DNA of 64,000 nucleotides. Source: Lachnospiraceae bacterium (GTDB taxonomy: Bacteria > Bacillota > Clostridia > Lachnospirales > Lachnospiraceae). The notes beneath the pieces are model-generated. The model was not told the DNA's origin. It ran no database searches and was given only the letters and a program-made list of their open reading frames with translations. The position numbers and the translations under genes were made by a program. The first letter of the stretch is position 1; each line of letters begins with the position of its first letter. Location: assembly GCA_900753305.1 (NCBI GenBank), contig CAADYR010000031.1, forward strand, positions 37,829 through 101,828, in the 5' to 3' direction. Below, piece after piece: positions 21,204-30,647 of this stretch.

Positions 21204-22379
21204 ATGAAAGAATTAGAATTAAAATACGGTTGTAACCCAAATCAGAAGCCTTCCCGCATCTATATGAAAGAGGGAGAACTTCCTATCGAAGTATTAAATG
21301 GCAAGCCTGGCTACATCAATTTCCTGGATGCTTTTAACGGCTGGCAGCTTGTAAAAGAACTGAAAAAGGCAACAGGACTTCCGGCAGCTACTTCCTTTAA
21401 ACATGTATCTCCTGCCGGAGCAGCAGTAGGTCTGCCCCTGACAGAGGTAGAGCGTAAGATCTACTGGGTAGATGATATGGGGGATTTATCACCCTTGGCA
21501 AGTGCTTACGCAAGAGCAAGAGGCGCTGACAGAATGTCTTCTTTTGGTGATTTCATTTCTTTATCAGATGTATGTGATACCGATACAGCAAGACTCATTA
21601 AGAGAGAAGTGTCTGACGGTATCATTGCACCGGGATACGAACCGGAAGCTCTGGAAATCCTCAAGGCAAAGAAGAAGGGAAACTATGCCGTTATCAAGAT
21701 TGATCCTGAATATGTTCCCAATCCAATCGAGACAAAGGATGTATACGGTGTTACCTTTGAACAGGGCAGAAATGAATTGGTAATTAACGATGAACTTTTT
21801 GCAAATGTTGTAACAGAGAATAAGGAAATTCCAGAATCAGCAAAGATTGATCTTGCAATTGCAATGATTACTTTGAAATATACACAGTCCAATTCTGTGT
21901 GCTATGTAAAGGGTGGTCAGGCAATCGGTATCGGCGCTGGCCAGCAGTCACGTATCCATTGTACAAGACTTGCAGGCAGCAAGGCTGATAACTGGTTCTT
22001 ACGCCAGAATCCAAAGGTGTTGAGCCTTCCTTTCAAGGAAAAGATTGGTCGTGCAGACAGAGACAATACAATTGACGTATACATGAGTGATGACTATATG
22101 GATGTACTGGCAGACGGAGTATGGGAGAATTTCTTCACAGAGAAGCCGGAAGTATTGACCAGAGAAGAAAAGAGAGCATGGTTAGATAAACTGACAGACG
22201 TGTCACTTGGTTCTGATGCTTTCTTCCCATTTGGTGACAACGTAGAGAGAGCACACAGAAGCGGTGTGAAATACATTGCACAGCCAGGAGGCTCTATCCG
22301 TGATGATAATGTCATTGAGACATGTAATAAATACAACATGGCAATGTGCTTTACAGGCATCAGATTATTCCATCATTAA
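21204..22379 (+). CDS. purH: AICAR transformylase (PurH transformylase domain only)
   Basis: LKYGCNPNQ, SFKHVSPAG, GAGQQSRIHC, SDAFFPF, QPGGSIRD, TGIRLFHH; no N-terminal MGS/IMPCH domain. Confidence 0.93.
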   Translation: MKELELKYGCNPNQKPSRIYMKEGELPIEVLNGKPGYINFLDAFNGWQLVKELKKATGLPAATSFKHVSPAGAAVGLPLTEVERKIYWVDDMGDLSPLASAYARARGADRMSSFGDFISLSDVCDTDTARLIKREVSDGIIAPGYEPEALEILKAKKKGNYAVIKIDPEYVPNPIETKDVYGVTFEQGRNELVINDELFANVVTENKEIPESAKIDLAIAMITLKYTQSNSVCYVKGGQAIGIGAGQQSRIHCTRLAGSKADNWFLRQNPKVLSLPFKEKIGRADRDNTIDVYMSDDYMDVLADGVWENFFTEKPEVLTREEKRAWLDKLTDVSLGSDAFFPFGDNVERAHRSGVKYIAQPGGSIRDDNVIETCNKYNMAMCFTGIRLFHH

Positions 22380-22391
22380 CAAGAATTTCAG

Positions 22392-22420
22392 AAAAGGGCG
22401 GGGCTCCGTCCTTTTTTATT
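22392..22420 (+). terminator. Intrinsic terminator after purH
   Basis: AAAAGGGCGG / CCGTCCTTTT plus T-tract. Confidence 0.8.
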
Positions 22421-22470
22421 TGCACATGATTGCCGATATATATTATAAAGTCATATGAGGGGGAACATAT

Positions 22471-23322
22471 ATGCAGATTCAGGGCTATACATTATTTATG
22501 GGTAATCGTACAAAAGATAAAAAGACAAATGTATGGAATAATAATACACAGCAGACACAGTCAGATAAAACCGAACATAAGAAAACAATTTTTGTAGGAA
22601 ATGGACAGGCAAATCAGACTGATACTCTGGCGCAGAAGAAAAAAGAAGCGCAGGATAAGGCAATGAAGGTTATCCGTGATGCTTTTGCAAAAGAGATAGA
22701 AATTGATGATGGAATCGAGGAATCCCGGGGAAAGATAAGTGACAGCCAGGCTAAGATTGCAGAAGCACAGGAACAGATCAAGGCATTAGAAGAGCAGAAG
22801 GAAGAGATACGTAAGAGTGGCTGCTCAGAGGATGAATACAAAGAAGTGTGTGCAGATTATGCGAAGCAGGAGGCAGAATTTTACAGTCAGATCAAGGATG
22901 CCAAGTCTGTTGTGATGGATGAGAATGCTTCTATCAGACAGGTTAAAATTGACCGGGCAAAAAATCAGGATATGCAGAATGCCATACAGGAAGCGGATGA
23001 TATTATGAATGCTGCAAGTAAAGATATCATTCAAACTGCTATAAAGGAAATGCAGGAGCGCATGGAAGAGAAACGTAAAGAAGAGGCCGAGAAGGCAAAA
23101 GAAAGGGCAGAAGAGGAAGAAAAAGAAAAGAAACTCAAGGAACGTGTGGAAGAGAAAAATGCAGAAAGTCAGCCTGTTACCGTAACGAAGGCTGTGACAG
23201 AAACCATTCTTACACATGACCAGTTAAAAGACAGTACTGCTAATGACCTTAAAAATATTCTGGATGATTATACCCTGACAGAAGAAGATATGAAGGGAAT
23301 GTCGATTGACAGCAAGCTATAA
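22471..23322 (+). CDS. Hypothetical coiled-coil protein
   Basis: RBS GAGGGG; E/K/Q/A-rich helical ORF ending MKGMSIDSKL. Confidence 0.8.
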   Translation: MQIQGYTLFMGNRTKDKKTNVWNNNTQQTQSDKTEHKKTIFVGNGQANQTDTLAQKKKEAQDKAMKVIRDAFAKEIEIDDGIEESRGKISDSQAKIAEAQEQIKALEEQKEEIRKSGCSEDEYKEVCADYAKQEAEFYSQIKDAKSVVMDENASIRQVKIDRAKNQDMQNAIQEADDIMNAASKDIIQTAIKEMQERMEEKRKEEAEKAKERAEEEEKEKKLKERVEEKNAESQPVTVTKAVTETILTHDQLKDSTANDLKNILDDYTLTEEDMKGMSIDSKL

Positions 23323-23371
23323 GCATGGAATAATATAACTTACAAAGGATAAGTAAAGGATATATTTAAAC

Positions 23372-23896
23372 ATGACATTAAATAAGAAAGCGTCTATCAA
23401 GACACAACGACTTACACTACAGGTAATGCCGAAAGAAGACACAGAACAACTGGTTCAATTACTGACCAACCATGAGATTACGAAAACTTTCATGGTGCCT
23501 GATTTTAAAACGCCAGAACAGGTAACAGCATTGGCAGAAACACTTATTTCTTTTAGCCAAATAGAGGATGTTGAACATTTAGCATATGGCATTTATGCTG
23601 ATGATAAGTTGATTGGATTCATAAATGATTGTGGTATGGAGAATGATGCGATTGAGATCGGCTATGTCATTCATCCAGATTATCAGGGAAAAGGCTATGC
23701 TACCGAGGCAGTTCATGCGATGATAGAAGAACTGTTAAAAATGGGATTTCGTAAAGTGAAAGCAGGCTATTTTGAAGAGAATGTGGCAAGCCGCAGAGTA
23801 ATGGAAAAGTGTGGCATGAAACAATTGAGTTACACTGATGAAATTGAGTATCGAGGTATCGTTCATAAGTGCTTTTATTATGAAGCAGGATACTGA
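23372..23896 (+). CDS. GNAT N-acetyltransferase (RimJ/RimL-like)
   Basis: EIGYVIHPDYQGKGYATEA, NVASRRVMEKCGM. Confidence 0.92.
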   Translation: MTLNKKASIKTQRLTLQVMPKEDTEQLVQLLTNHEITKTFMVPDFKTPEQVTALAETLISFSQIEDVEHLAYGIYADDKLIGFINDCGMENDAIEIGYVIHPDYQGKGYATEAVHAMIEELLKMGFRKVKAGYFEENVASRRVMEKCGMKQLSYTDEIEYRGIVHKCFYYEAGY

Positions 23897-23910
23897 AAGG
23901 CATGTAAGAA

Positions 23911-25254
23911 ATGGAACAAATGACATTGTTTGACAATGAGATAAGAAATATCAGTGTCCCGTTAGCCAGCAGGGTACGTCCAAAGAATCTGGATCAGTTT
24001 GTTGGGCAACAGCATTTGATTGGGCAGGGAAAGATACTTCGCAGGATGATCGAGACAGATCAGGTAACATCTATGATATTCTGGGGACCACCAGGAGTCG
24101 GCAAGACCACATTGGCTGGTATAATAGCAGAAAAGACAAAAGCGTATTTCATTAATTTCAGCGCTGTGACCAGTGGAATCAAGGAAATTAAAGAAGTAAT
24201 GCAGCAGGCTGAGAACAGCAGAAGAATAGGAATGAAGACAATTCTGTTCGTAGACGAGATTCATCGCTTCAATAAGGCACAGCAGGATGCTTTCCTGCCT
24301 TATGTGGAGAGAGGAAGTATTACTTTGATTGGTGCTACAACAGAGAATCCGTCATTTGAGGTAAATTCTGCTTTATTGTCCAGATGCAGGGTGTTTGTAT
24401 TAAAGGCACTTGAAGAGGATGATCTGGTGCAGCTTCTTAAAAATGTGTTACTTAGCCCGCAAGGATTTCGGGATTCAAATGTAGTGATGAGTGACCGTCA
24501 GCTTCATGCTGTTGCGGCTTTTGCCAATGGAGATGCGAGAACCGCCTTGAACGTATTGGAAATGGCAGTGACAAATGGTGAAATCAGTGCAGAGGGCATC
24601 ACTGTGACAGACGAAGGGTTAGAGCAATGCATCAGCAGGAAATCACTGTTGTATGATAAGATGGGAGATCAGCATTATAACCTGATTTCAGCACTTCATA
24701 AATCCATGCGTAATAGTGACCCGGATGCAGCCATATATTGGATGTGCCGTATGTTAGAGGGTGGAGAAAATCCACTTTATATTGCAAGGAGGCTGATTCG
24801 TTTTGCCAGCGAAGATATTGGAATGGCAGACAGTCAGGCTCTTCAGGTAGCTGTAGCTGCGTATCAGGCATGCCATTTTCTGGGGATGCCTGAATGCGAT
24901 GTGCACCTGACACATGCGGTCACATATCTTGCTATGGCTCCGAAGTCCAACGCACTCTATACAGCATGTGAGGAATGCAAACGGGATGTGAAGGAGTACA
25001 GAGATGAGCCGGTGCCGTTACAGCTTCGAAATGCACCCACAGGTTTGATGAAAGAATTGCATTATGGGGAAGGCTATCAGTATGCACACGATTATGAGGA
25101 CAAGCTTACAACCATGCAGTGTCTGCCGGATTCGTTAAAAGACAGACGGTATTATCTACCGACACAGGAGGGCGCAGAGAAAGCAGTGAAGGAAAGGCTG
25201 CAGGCAGTGCGTGAATGGAAAGCAGAACATAGAGAGGGGAAGTCACATGTTTGA
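23911..25254 (+). CDS. rarA: Replication-associated recombination protein A (AAA+)
   Basis: PLASRVRP, WGPPGVGKTT, DEIHRFNKAQQD, ATTENPSF, SALHKSMRNSD. Confidence 0.96.
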   Translation: MEQMTLFDNEIRNISVPLASRVRPKNLDQFVGQQHLIGQGKILRRMIETDQVTSMIFWGPPGVGKTTLAGIIAEKTKAYFINFSAVTSGIKEIKEVMQQAENSRRIGMKTILFVDEIHRFNKAQQDAFLPYVERGSITLIGATTENPSFEVNSALLSRCRVFVLKALEEDDLVQLLKNVLLSPQGFRDSNVVMSDRQLHAVAAFANGDARTALNVLEMAVTNGEISAEGITVTDEGLEQCISRKSLLYDKMGDQHYNLISALHKSMRNSDPDAAIYWMCRMLEGGENPLYIARRLIRFASEDIGMADSQALQVAVAAYQACHFLGMPECDVHLTHAVTYLAMAPKSNALYTACEECKRDVKEYRDEPVPLQLRNAPTGLMKELHYGEGYQYAHDYEDKLTTMQCLPDSLKDRRYYLPTQEGAEKAVKERLQAVREWKAEHREGKSHV

Positions 25255-25993
25255 AAGAATTATTTTGACTCAGATCAATCCACATGTTTATCTCATGGAT
25301 GATCATCATGAAGCAACCGGCTATATTGTAGTCGGTAGTAAAAAGGCACTTGTTATTGATACGATGAACGGATATGAAGATGTACGAGCTGTTGTAGGAA
25401 CAGTGACCAACCTGCCGATAATGGTCGTGAATACGCATGGACATTGTGATCATATTTATGGAAATGTATACTTTGATTGCGCTTATTTACATCCGGCGGA
25501 TCTTCCTGTTGCACAGGAGCATATGAGATTCCCGGAGTTTATTGAAGAATGTAATAAGAGAGGCTTACAAATGCCGCCTTTTGAGCCGATCAGAGGTGGT
25601 GAAGTCATTGACCTGGGTGGACTTCATCTGGAAGTTATTGAACTACCGGGACATACTCCGGGCGGTATTCTTCTGCTATTGAAGGAGGATCGAATTCTGT
25701 TTACGGGAGACAGTATCAATCATCATCTCTGGATGCAGCTGGAGGAAAGTTCTTCTATGCCGGAATTTGTCAATAATCTGGAGAAGGTCATGTATCTGAC
25801 CAAAGAGGCAGATGTAATTCTGCATGGACACGCCAGAGGAACAGATGATATATCCCTTATGGATAAGCTGTTGCAGGGTGCGAAAGAAATCGCAGAAGGA
25901 AAAACTGAAAATGACAAACCATATAAATGGTTCGGAGGGGTCAATAAGCAGCATCAGTTTGACGAAGACGGCAGCGTGATCTGCTATAAATAA
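25247..25993 (+). CDS. Metallo-beta-lactamase-fold hydrolase
   Basis: THGHCDH, PGHTPG, FTGDS, HGH. Confidence 0.9.
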   Translation: MFERIILTQINPHVYLMDDHHEATGYIVVGSKKALVIDTMNGYEDVRAVVGTVTNLPIMVVNTHGHCDHIYGNVYFDCAYLHPADLPVAQEHMRFPEFIEECNKRGLQMPPFEPIRGGEVIDLGGLHLEVIELPGHTPGGILLLLKEDRILFTGDSINHHLWMQLEESSSMPEFVNNLEKVMYLTKEADVILHGHARGTDDISLMDKLLQGAKEIAEGKTENDKPYKWFGGVNKQHQFDEDGSVICYK

Positions 25994-26005
25994 GGTAGGT
26001 CCAAA

Positions 26006-26746
26006 ATGAATGATAATTTAAAGGAAAAACTGACTGTATGCATTGAAAAAGGAGGTCAGAGAGATCAGGCAGAGGCTTTTGCAAATCGATATTCGGTTAC
26101 GATCGAGGAAGAACCAGGAGAAGAGTTGACACTTCTTTTTGATGCAAAAGGAATCTCATTAACAGGATATGGACTTACCTATCAGGGAGATTTTGAAGGT
26201 ATGGTTCATAGAATCAGCAATGGACGGTTACAACATGAAATGCTGGTTCGTGCTGCCAAAAGTACAGAGGAGAAAAAGACTGCAATTGATGCGACAGCAG
26301 GAATGGGAGAGGATTCGCTTCTGCTTGCAGCGTGTGGATATGAAGTCACAATGTATGAGCAGAATCCGGTCATTGCTATTTTATTAAAAGATGCGATCAG
26401 AAGGGCAAAGAAAAATCCCCAGTTAAAAGATATTGTTGGCAGAATGCATCTGGTTGTTGGAAACAGCATTGAATTGTTATCGGAACAAATGCCGGATTTG
26501 AATCTGATCTATTTGGACCCCATGTTTCCGGAAAGCCGTAAGTCCGGACTTACCAATAAGAAGTTACAATTAATCAGAAAAATGGAGCCACCCTGTTTTG
26601 AGGAAGAAAAATTATTCGAAGCAGCGATAAAAGCAGCACCGGATAAAGTCATAGTGAAACGCCCTTTAAAGAGTGATTATTTAGCAGGTAAAAGCCCAAA
26701 TTATTCTTTAAATGGTAAGGCAATAAGATATGATTGTTATTGTTAG
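26006..26746 (+). CDS. Class I SAM methyltransferase, RsmJ-like (16S m2G1516)
   Basis: IDATAGMGEDS, YLDPMFP, VIVKRP, GKAIRYD. Confidence 0.85.
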   Translation: MNDNLKEKLTVCIEKGGQRDQAEAFANRYSVTIEEEPGEELTLLFDAKGISLTGYGLTYQGDFEGMVHRISNGRLQHEMLVRAAKSTEEKKTAIDATAGMGEDSLLLAACGYEVTMYEQNPVIAILLKDAIRRAKKNPQLKDIVGRMHLVVGNSIELLSEQMPDLNLIYLDPMFPESRKSGLTNKKLQLIRKMEPPCFEEEKLFEAAIKAAPDKVIVKRPLKSDYLAGKSPNYSLNGKAIRYDCYC

Positions 26747-26754
26747 AAATAAAG

Positions 26755-27648
26755 TCATGACATGAATTTGTTATGGCTTTTTCTATATTGATGTGGTGTG
26801 GTGTTATAGGCAGCCTGAAAACTGCGGAAGAAAGTCCTTGGACTTGTAAACCCTGCATCAAACGCGATATCTGTGACGGAACGGTCAGTAGTAGCCAGTA
26901 GCTTCTCAGCGAAATCAAGCCTTCTTGCGGTGACATAAGAAGGAAAGGATGTATGGAGCTTATTTGAAAAAATCTGTGACAGATAGAATTTACTGATCCC
27001 TAAGTCTTTTGCTGTACTTTCCAGAGAAATATCCTCTTGAAAATGTTGATCCAGATAGATCAGAATATCTTCACAAATGTTCCGGCTGAGACTTCCACCG
27101 CGTTTCTCAAGATTCAGATAAGAGAAAATATCTGTCAGCATAATGGTCAGATAGCTTTTTGTATATAATAAATTAGGAGAAATGTCTTTTTGTTCATCAA
27201 CGATCTTGGTAGTATCGGAGATAACAGGATGGTTTGGCAGATCATTAATATTGGGCATATCTGCGGTGGCTGGCATGTTTTTGGATAAAGTAATAAGCCA
27301 GCTTAAAGCATTCCTGCCGTGTTCTGTCAGATCATTCAGGTTGAGAATAGGATTTGTGGGAATATATTCCGTGAAAGCAGGACGGAAATCCAGCAGAAAA
27401 TCTACATCAAATACCAGTAAAAGCACTTGGCTGGATTCAGGCGTATTCAGGGAATGAATTTTATCAGGAAAAGTGACAGATATGTTATCTTTATGCAAAG
27501 AGTAGGTCTGTTGTTCGATACTGATCTCCAATTCACCGGACAATACATACATGATCTCGACCTGTCTGTGCAGATGGGCGGGATAAGTATTATCATTGGA
27601 CAGGAAACTGCTGAAAGATTCTACTCTGGACTGATAAAAGAAATTCAT
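26755..27648 (-). CDS. AraC-family regulator (cupin plus dual HTH)
   Basis: PAHLHRQVEIMYV and DIAFDAGFTSPRTFFRSF; divergent from the GH43. Confidence 0.93.
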   Translation of the reverse strand: MNFFYQSRVESFSSFLSNDNTYPAHLHRQVEIMYVLSGELEISIEQQTYSLHKDNISVTFPDKIHSLNTPESSQVLLLVFDVDFLLDFRPAFTEYIPTNPILNLNDLTEHGRNALSWLITLSKNMPATADMPNINDLPNHPVISDTTKIVDEQKDISPNLLYTKSYLTIMLTDIFSYLNLEKRGGSLSRNICEDILIYLDQHFQEDISLESTAKDLGISKFYLSQIFSNKLHTSFPSYVTARRLDFAEKLLATTDRSVTDIAFDAGFTSPRTFFRSFQAAYNTTPHQYRKSHNKFMS

Positions 27649-27804
27649 GACACGACAACTCCTTTACATGGTATTTCTAATGGTTATCATATCATGGCAG
27701 AATATTATTTGACAACTATTTTATATGTATGTGATTTTGCAATTCCTGACACAAATATGTGATGTTCTGGCGGGAAAAGTTCTGTTTGGTTTGCTACAAT
27801 ATGA

Positions 27805-27856
27805 GTAACTATTCAGAACCATGCAAATTGAGTCGAATAGGGTTCTGAATAGTTAC
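27805..27856. repeat. Perfect 16-bp inverted repeat element (REP/MITE-like)
   Basis: GTAACTATTCAGAACC, 20-nt spacer, GGTTCTGAATAGTTAC; related collapsed copy at 4304-4325. Confidence 0.75.
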
Positions 27857-27899
27857 CTGACAAGAACAATATATTTGCTGTAAAATGGAGGAAATTGCA

Positions 27900-29510
27900 A
27901 TGATTCAAGATCGCAGGACATGGATTGCTGATAATGGCGATGGTACTTATACAAACCCGATTTTATACACAGATTACTCTGACCCGGATGCATGCAGAGT
28001 AGGGGATGATTATTTTATGGTAGCATCCAGCTTCTGCAATGCACCTGGACTGCCTGTACTACATTCTAAAGATCTGGTGAATTGGAAGGTCATCAGTTAT
28101 GCGCTGGAGACGATACCAGGCAGTCAGTTTGACGTACCTCTTCATGGAAAAGGTGTATGGGCACCTGCAATTCGCTACCATGAAGGCGAATTTATCATCT
28201 TTTTTCCAATGCCGGATGAGGGAATCTATGTAGTCAGGACGAGAGATCCCTGGGGCAAATGGGATGAGCCTACATGCCTTTATGAGGGAAAGGGCTGGAT
28301 CGATCCTTGTCCTTTCTGGGATGAGGATGGCAGGGCATATATGGTTTCTGCTTTCGCAAAGAGCAGAATTGGATTTAAGAGTATTCTCAACCTGTGCGAG
28401 ATCACACCAGACTGCTTGCATATGATAGATGAAGGAAAACATATTTTTGATGGAAATGTGGAGAATCAGAAGACAATAGAAGGACCCAAGATGTATAAGA
28501 GAAATGGTTATTACTACATCTTTGCTCCGGCAGGCGGTGTGAAGCAGGGCTGGCAGACAGTTCTGCGCAGTAAGAATATATGGGGACCTTATGAGTATCG
28601 TAATGTCATGATGCAGAAGGATACAGAGGTAAACGGACCTCACCAGGGAGCCTGGGTCGATACACAGACGGGGGAAGACTGGTTCCTGCATTTTCAGGAT
28701 GTATATGCTGCGGGTAGAATCGTACATTTGCAGCCTATGCGCTGGGAGAATGACTGGCCTATCATTGGAGAGGCTGCCCCAGGAGAAGAGAGCGGCAAGC
28801 CTGTTACTACATGGCACAAACCAAATGTAGGAGCAGTTTATCCTGTTACAAGTCCTGATGCGGAAGATGATTTTGATAAAGAACAACTTGGACTGCAATG
28901 GCAATGGAATGCCAATCCAAAGGATGGATGGTATGCATTGGATACAGAGGATCATAAATTGATCTTAAAAGCAGTACATCGTCATGCAGATACCATTACG
29001 AACGAACAGAATCTTTTATTACAGAAATGGTGCATGCCTGAGTTCTGTGCAGAGACGAAGCTGAGTCTGGAAGTAATGCAATCTGGAGATATAGCTGGAC
29101 TGGTAAGTCTGGGAGTTACTTATGGTGCAGTTGCCATAGCAAAAGAAAGTGACAGCTATGTCATAAAACTGATTCATGGTAAACAACATTTTGATAAAGA
29201 GAATGCATCTGCAGAGGATATCATCACAGAAGTGAAACGAATACCACTGTCTGTAAAAGAGATTTACTTTAATAATACAGTGAAGAAGATTCCATCTACT
29301 GAATATAATCAGGACGGACCTTATACATTTCCGGTTCCGGCAGAAATGATCAGTCTTGGTTACAGCCTTGATGGCAGGAACTTTGAAGATATTTATTCCT
29401 ATCCTTCCCAGGCTGGCAGATGGGTAGGTGTAAAGAATGGACTGTTCTGCTGCCATGAAGGCAGTGGAGAAGCAGGTGAAGTAAGGGTTTCTTATTTTCA
29501 CTTTGTGTAA
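27900..29510 (+). CDS. GH43 glycoside hydrolase (beta-xylosidase/arabinofuranosidase type) with C-terminal beta-sandwich
   Basis: DYSDPD, WAPAIRY, WIDPCPFWD, IEGPKMYK, PHQGAWV; no signal peptide. Confidence 0.93.
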   Translation: MIQDRRTWIADNGDGTYTNPILYTDYSDPDACRVGDDYFMVASSFCNAPGLPVLHSKDLVNWKVISYALETIPGSQFDVPLHGKGVWAPAIRYHEGEFIIFFPMPDEGIYVVRTRDPWGKWDEPTCLYEGKGWIDPCPFWDEDGRAYMVSAFAKSRIGFKSILNLCEITPDCLHMIDEGKHIFDGNVENQKTIEGPKMYKRNGYYYIFAPAGGVKQGWQTVLRSKNIWGPYEYRNVMMQKDTEVNGPHQGAWVDTQTGEDWFLHFQDVYAAGRIVHLQPMRWENDWPIIGEAAPGEESGKPVTTWHKPNVGAVYPVTSPDAEDDFDKEQLGLQWQWNANPKDGWYALDTEDHKLILKAVHRHADTITNEQNLLLQKWCMPEFCAETKLSLEVMQSGDIAGLVSLGVTYGAVAIAKESDSYVIKLIHGKQHFDKENASAEDIITEVKRIPLSVKEIYFNNTVKKIPSTEYNQDGPYTFPVPAEMISLGYSLDGRNFEDIYSYPSQAGRWVGVKNGLFCCHEGSGEAGEVRVSYFHFV

Positions 29511-29774
29511 TTATAACCTCTCACAGGTAAGCGCACAGATTAAATTGTCTTAAATTAGTAGAACACTAGACGAAATAATATTAGAGTAGAACTTATGATG
29601 CATGGCAGTATGCCATGCATTATTAAATTCTTAATGCGGAATAAATGCTGTTATGCTATGATATAGTTAAATCAACTGTAAAATTCGTTGTTAAAAAAGA
29701 CGAAAAAAGCACCGAATAAAATTTGGCGTAAGCAGTTCAAAATAATAAAACACATATAGAAGGAAGTATAATCC

Positions 29775-30647
29775 ATGATACAGGACATTCACGGAATTTA
29801 TCATAATGAATATCAGGAGCTTATCCCGGAACAGGACGACTGCGTCATGTTTGTACAGGGGCGTAGTGTTCTGATGAGCAGAGACAGTGAACAGACGATT
29901 CGATATATTACATATGGACAGCTAATGGAGGTATCAGGTGGAGATATTTCCGCTGATGCCTGTCGTTATTTATTCAGCATAGAAAATCAGGGGATAACAG
30001 AAAAATATTTTCTGGGTAATTCCCATATGCTCACACCACAACTGATGGAAAAATACGAATATCGTCAGCAGAATGTTTTCCGTACCATGAAACCGGAAGA
30101 TAAGGCGTTTGCCGGGATCACGGCGTGCCAACTGGCTAACTGGTATGAAAACACACAGTTCTGCGGTAAGTGTGGAACCAGATTGGAACATGACAAGGTA
30201 GAACGCATGATGAAATGTCCCAAGTGTGGGGCGATGCATTACCCTAAGATATCTCCGGCGGTGATCGTAGCAGTTACAAACAGAGATAAGATACTGATGA
30301 CGAAATATGCCGGTCGGGATTATAAGAAATATGCACTGATCGCCGGTTTTACGGAGATAGGTGAAACGATAGAAGATACTGTACGCAGAGAAGTCATGGA
30401 AGAAGTCGGGATTCATGTGAAGAATATCCGATATTATAAGAGTCAGCCATGGTCTTTTACAGATACGATTCTGATGGGATTTTACTGTGAACTGGATGGT
30501 GAGGATACGATTACAATGGATGCACATGAGTTGTCTGTTGCAGAATGGATCCAACGTGAGAACATTCCGACAGAATATGATGGGATCAGCCTGACTAACG
30601 AAATGATCATGCGATTTAAGGAGGAAGCGGATTATGAACAGTTTTGA
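29775..30647 (+). CDS. nudC: NAD(+)/NADH pyrophosphatase (Nudix)
   Basis: Zn ribbon FCGKCG..CPKCG, YPKISPAVIV, Nudix box GFTEIGETIEDTVRREVMEEVG, SQPWSF. Confidence 0.94.
   Translation: MIQDIHGIYHNEYQELIPEQDDCVMFVQGRSVLMSRDSEQTIRYITYGQLMEVSGGDISADACRYLFSIENQGITEKYFLGNSHMLTPQLMEKYEYRQQNVFRTMKPEDKAFAGITACQLANWYENTQFCGKCGTRLEHDKVERMMKCPKCGAMHYPKISPAVIVAVTNRDKILMTKYAGRDYKKYALIAGFTEIGETIEDTVRREVMEEVGIHVKNIRYYKSQPWSFTDTILMGFYCELDGEDTITMDAHELSVAEWIQRENIPTEYDGISLTNEMIMRFKEEADYEQF

Noticed and set aside
29684..29716. PurR boxes or a purine riboswitch upstream of nudC-ade
   Set aside because: TTCG-N25-CGAA is in the opposite orientation to the B. subtilis CGAAC...GTTCG operator, and no purine aptamer core is present.
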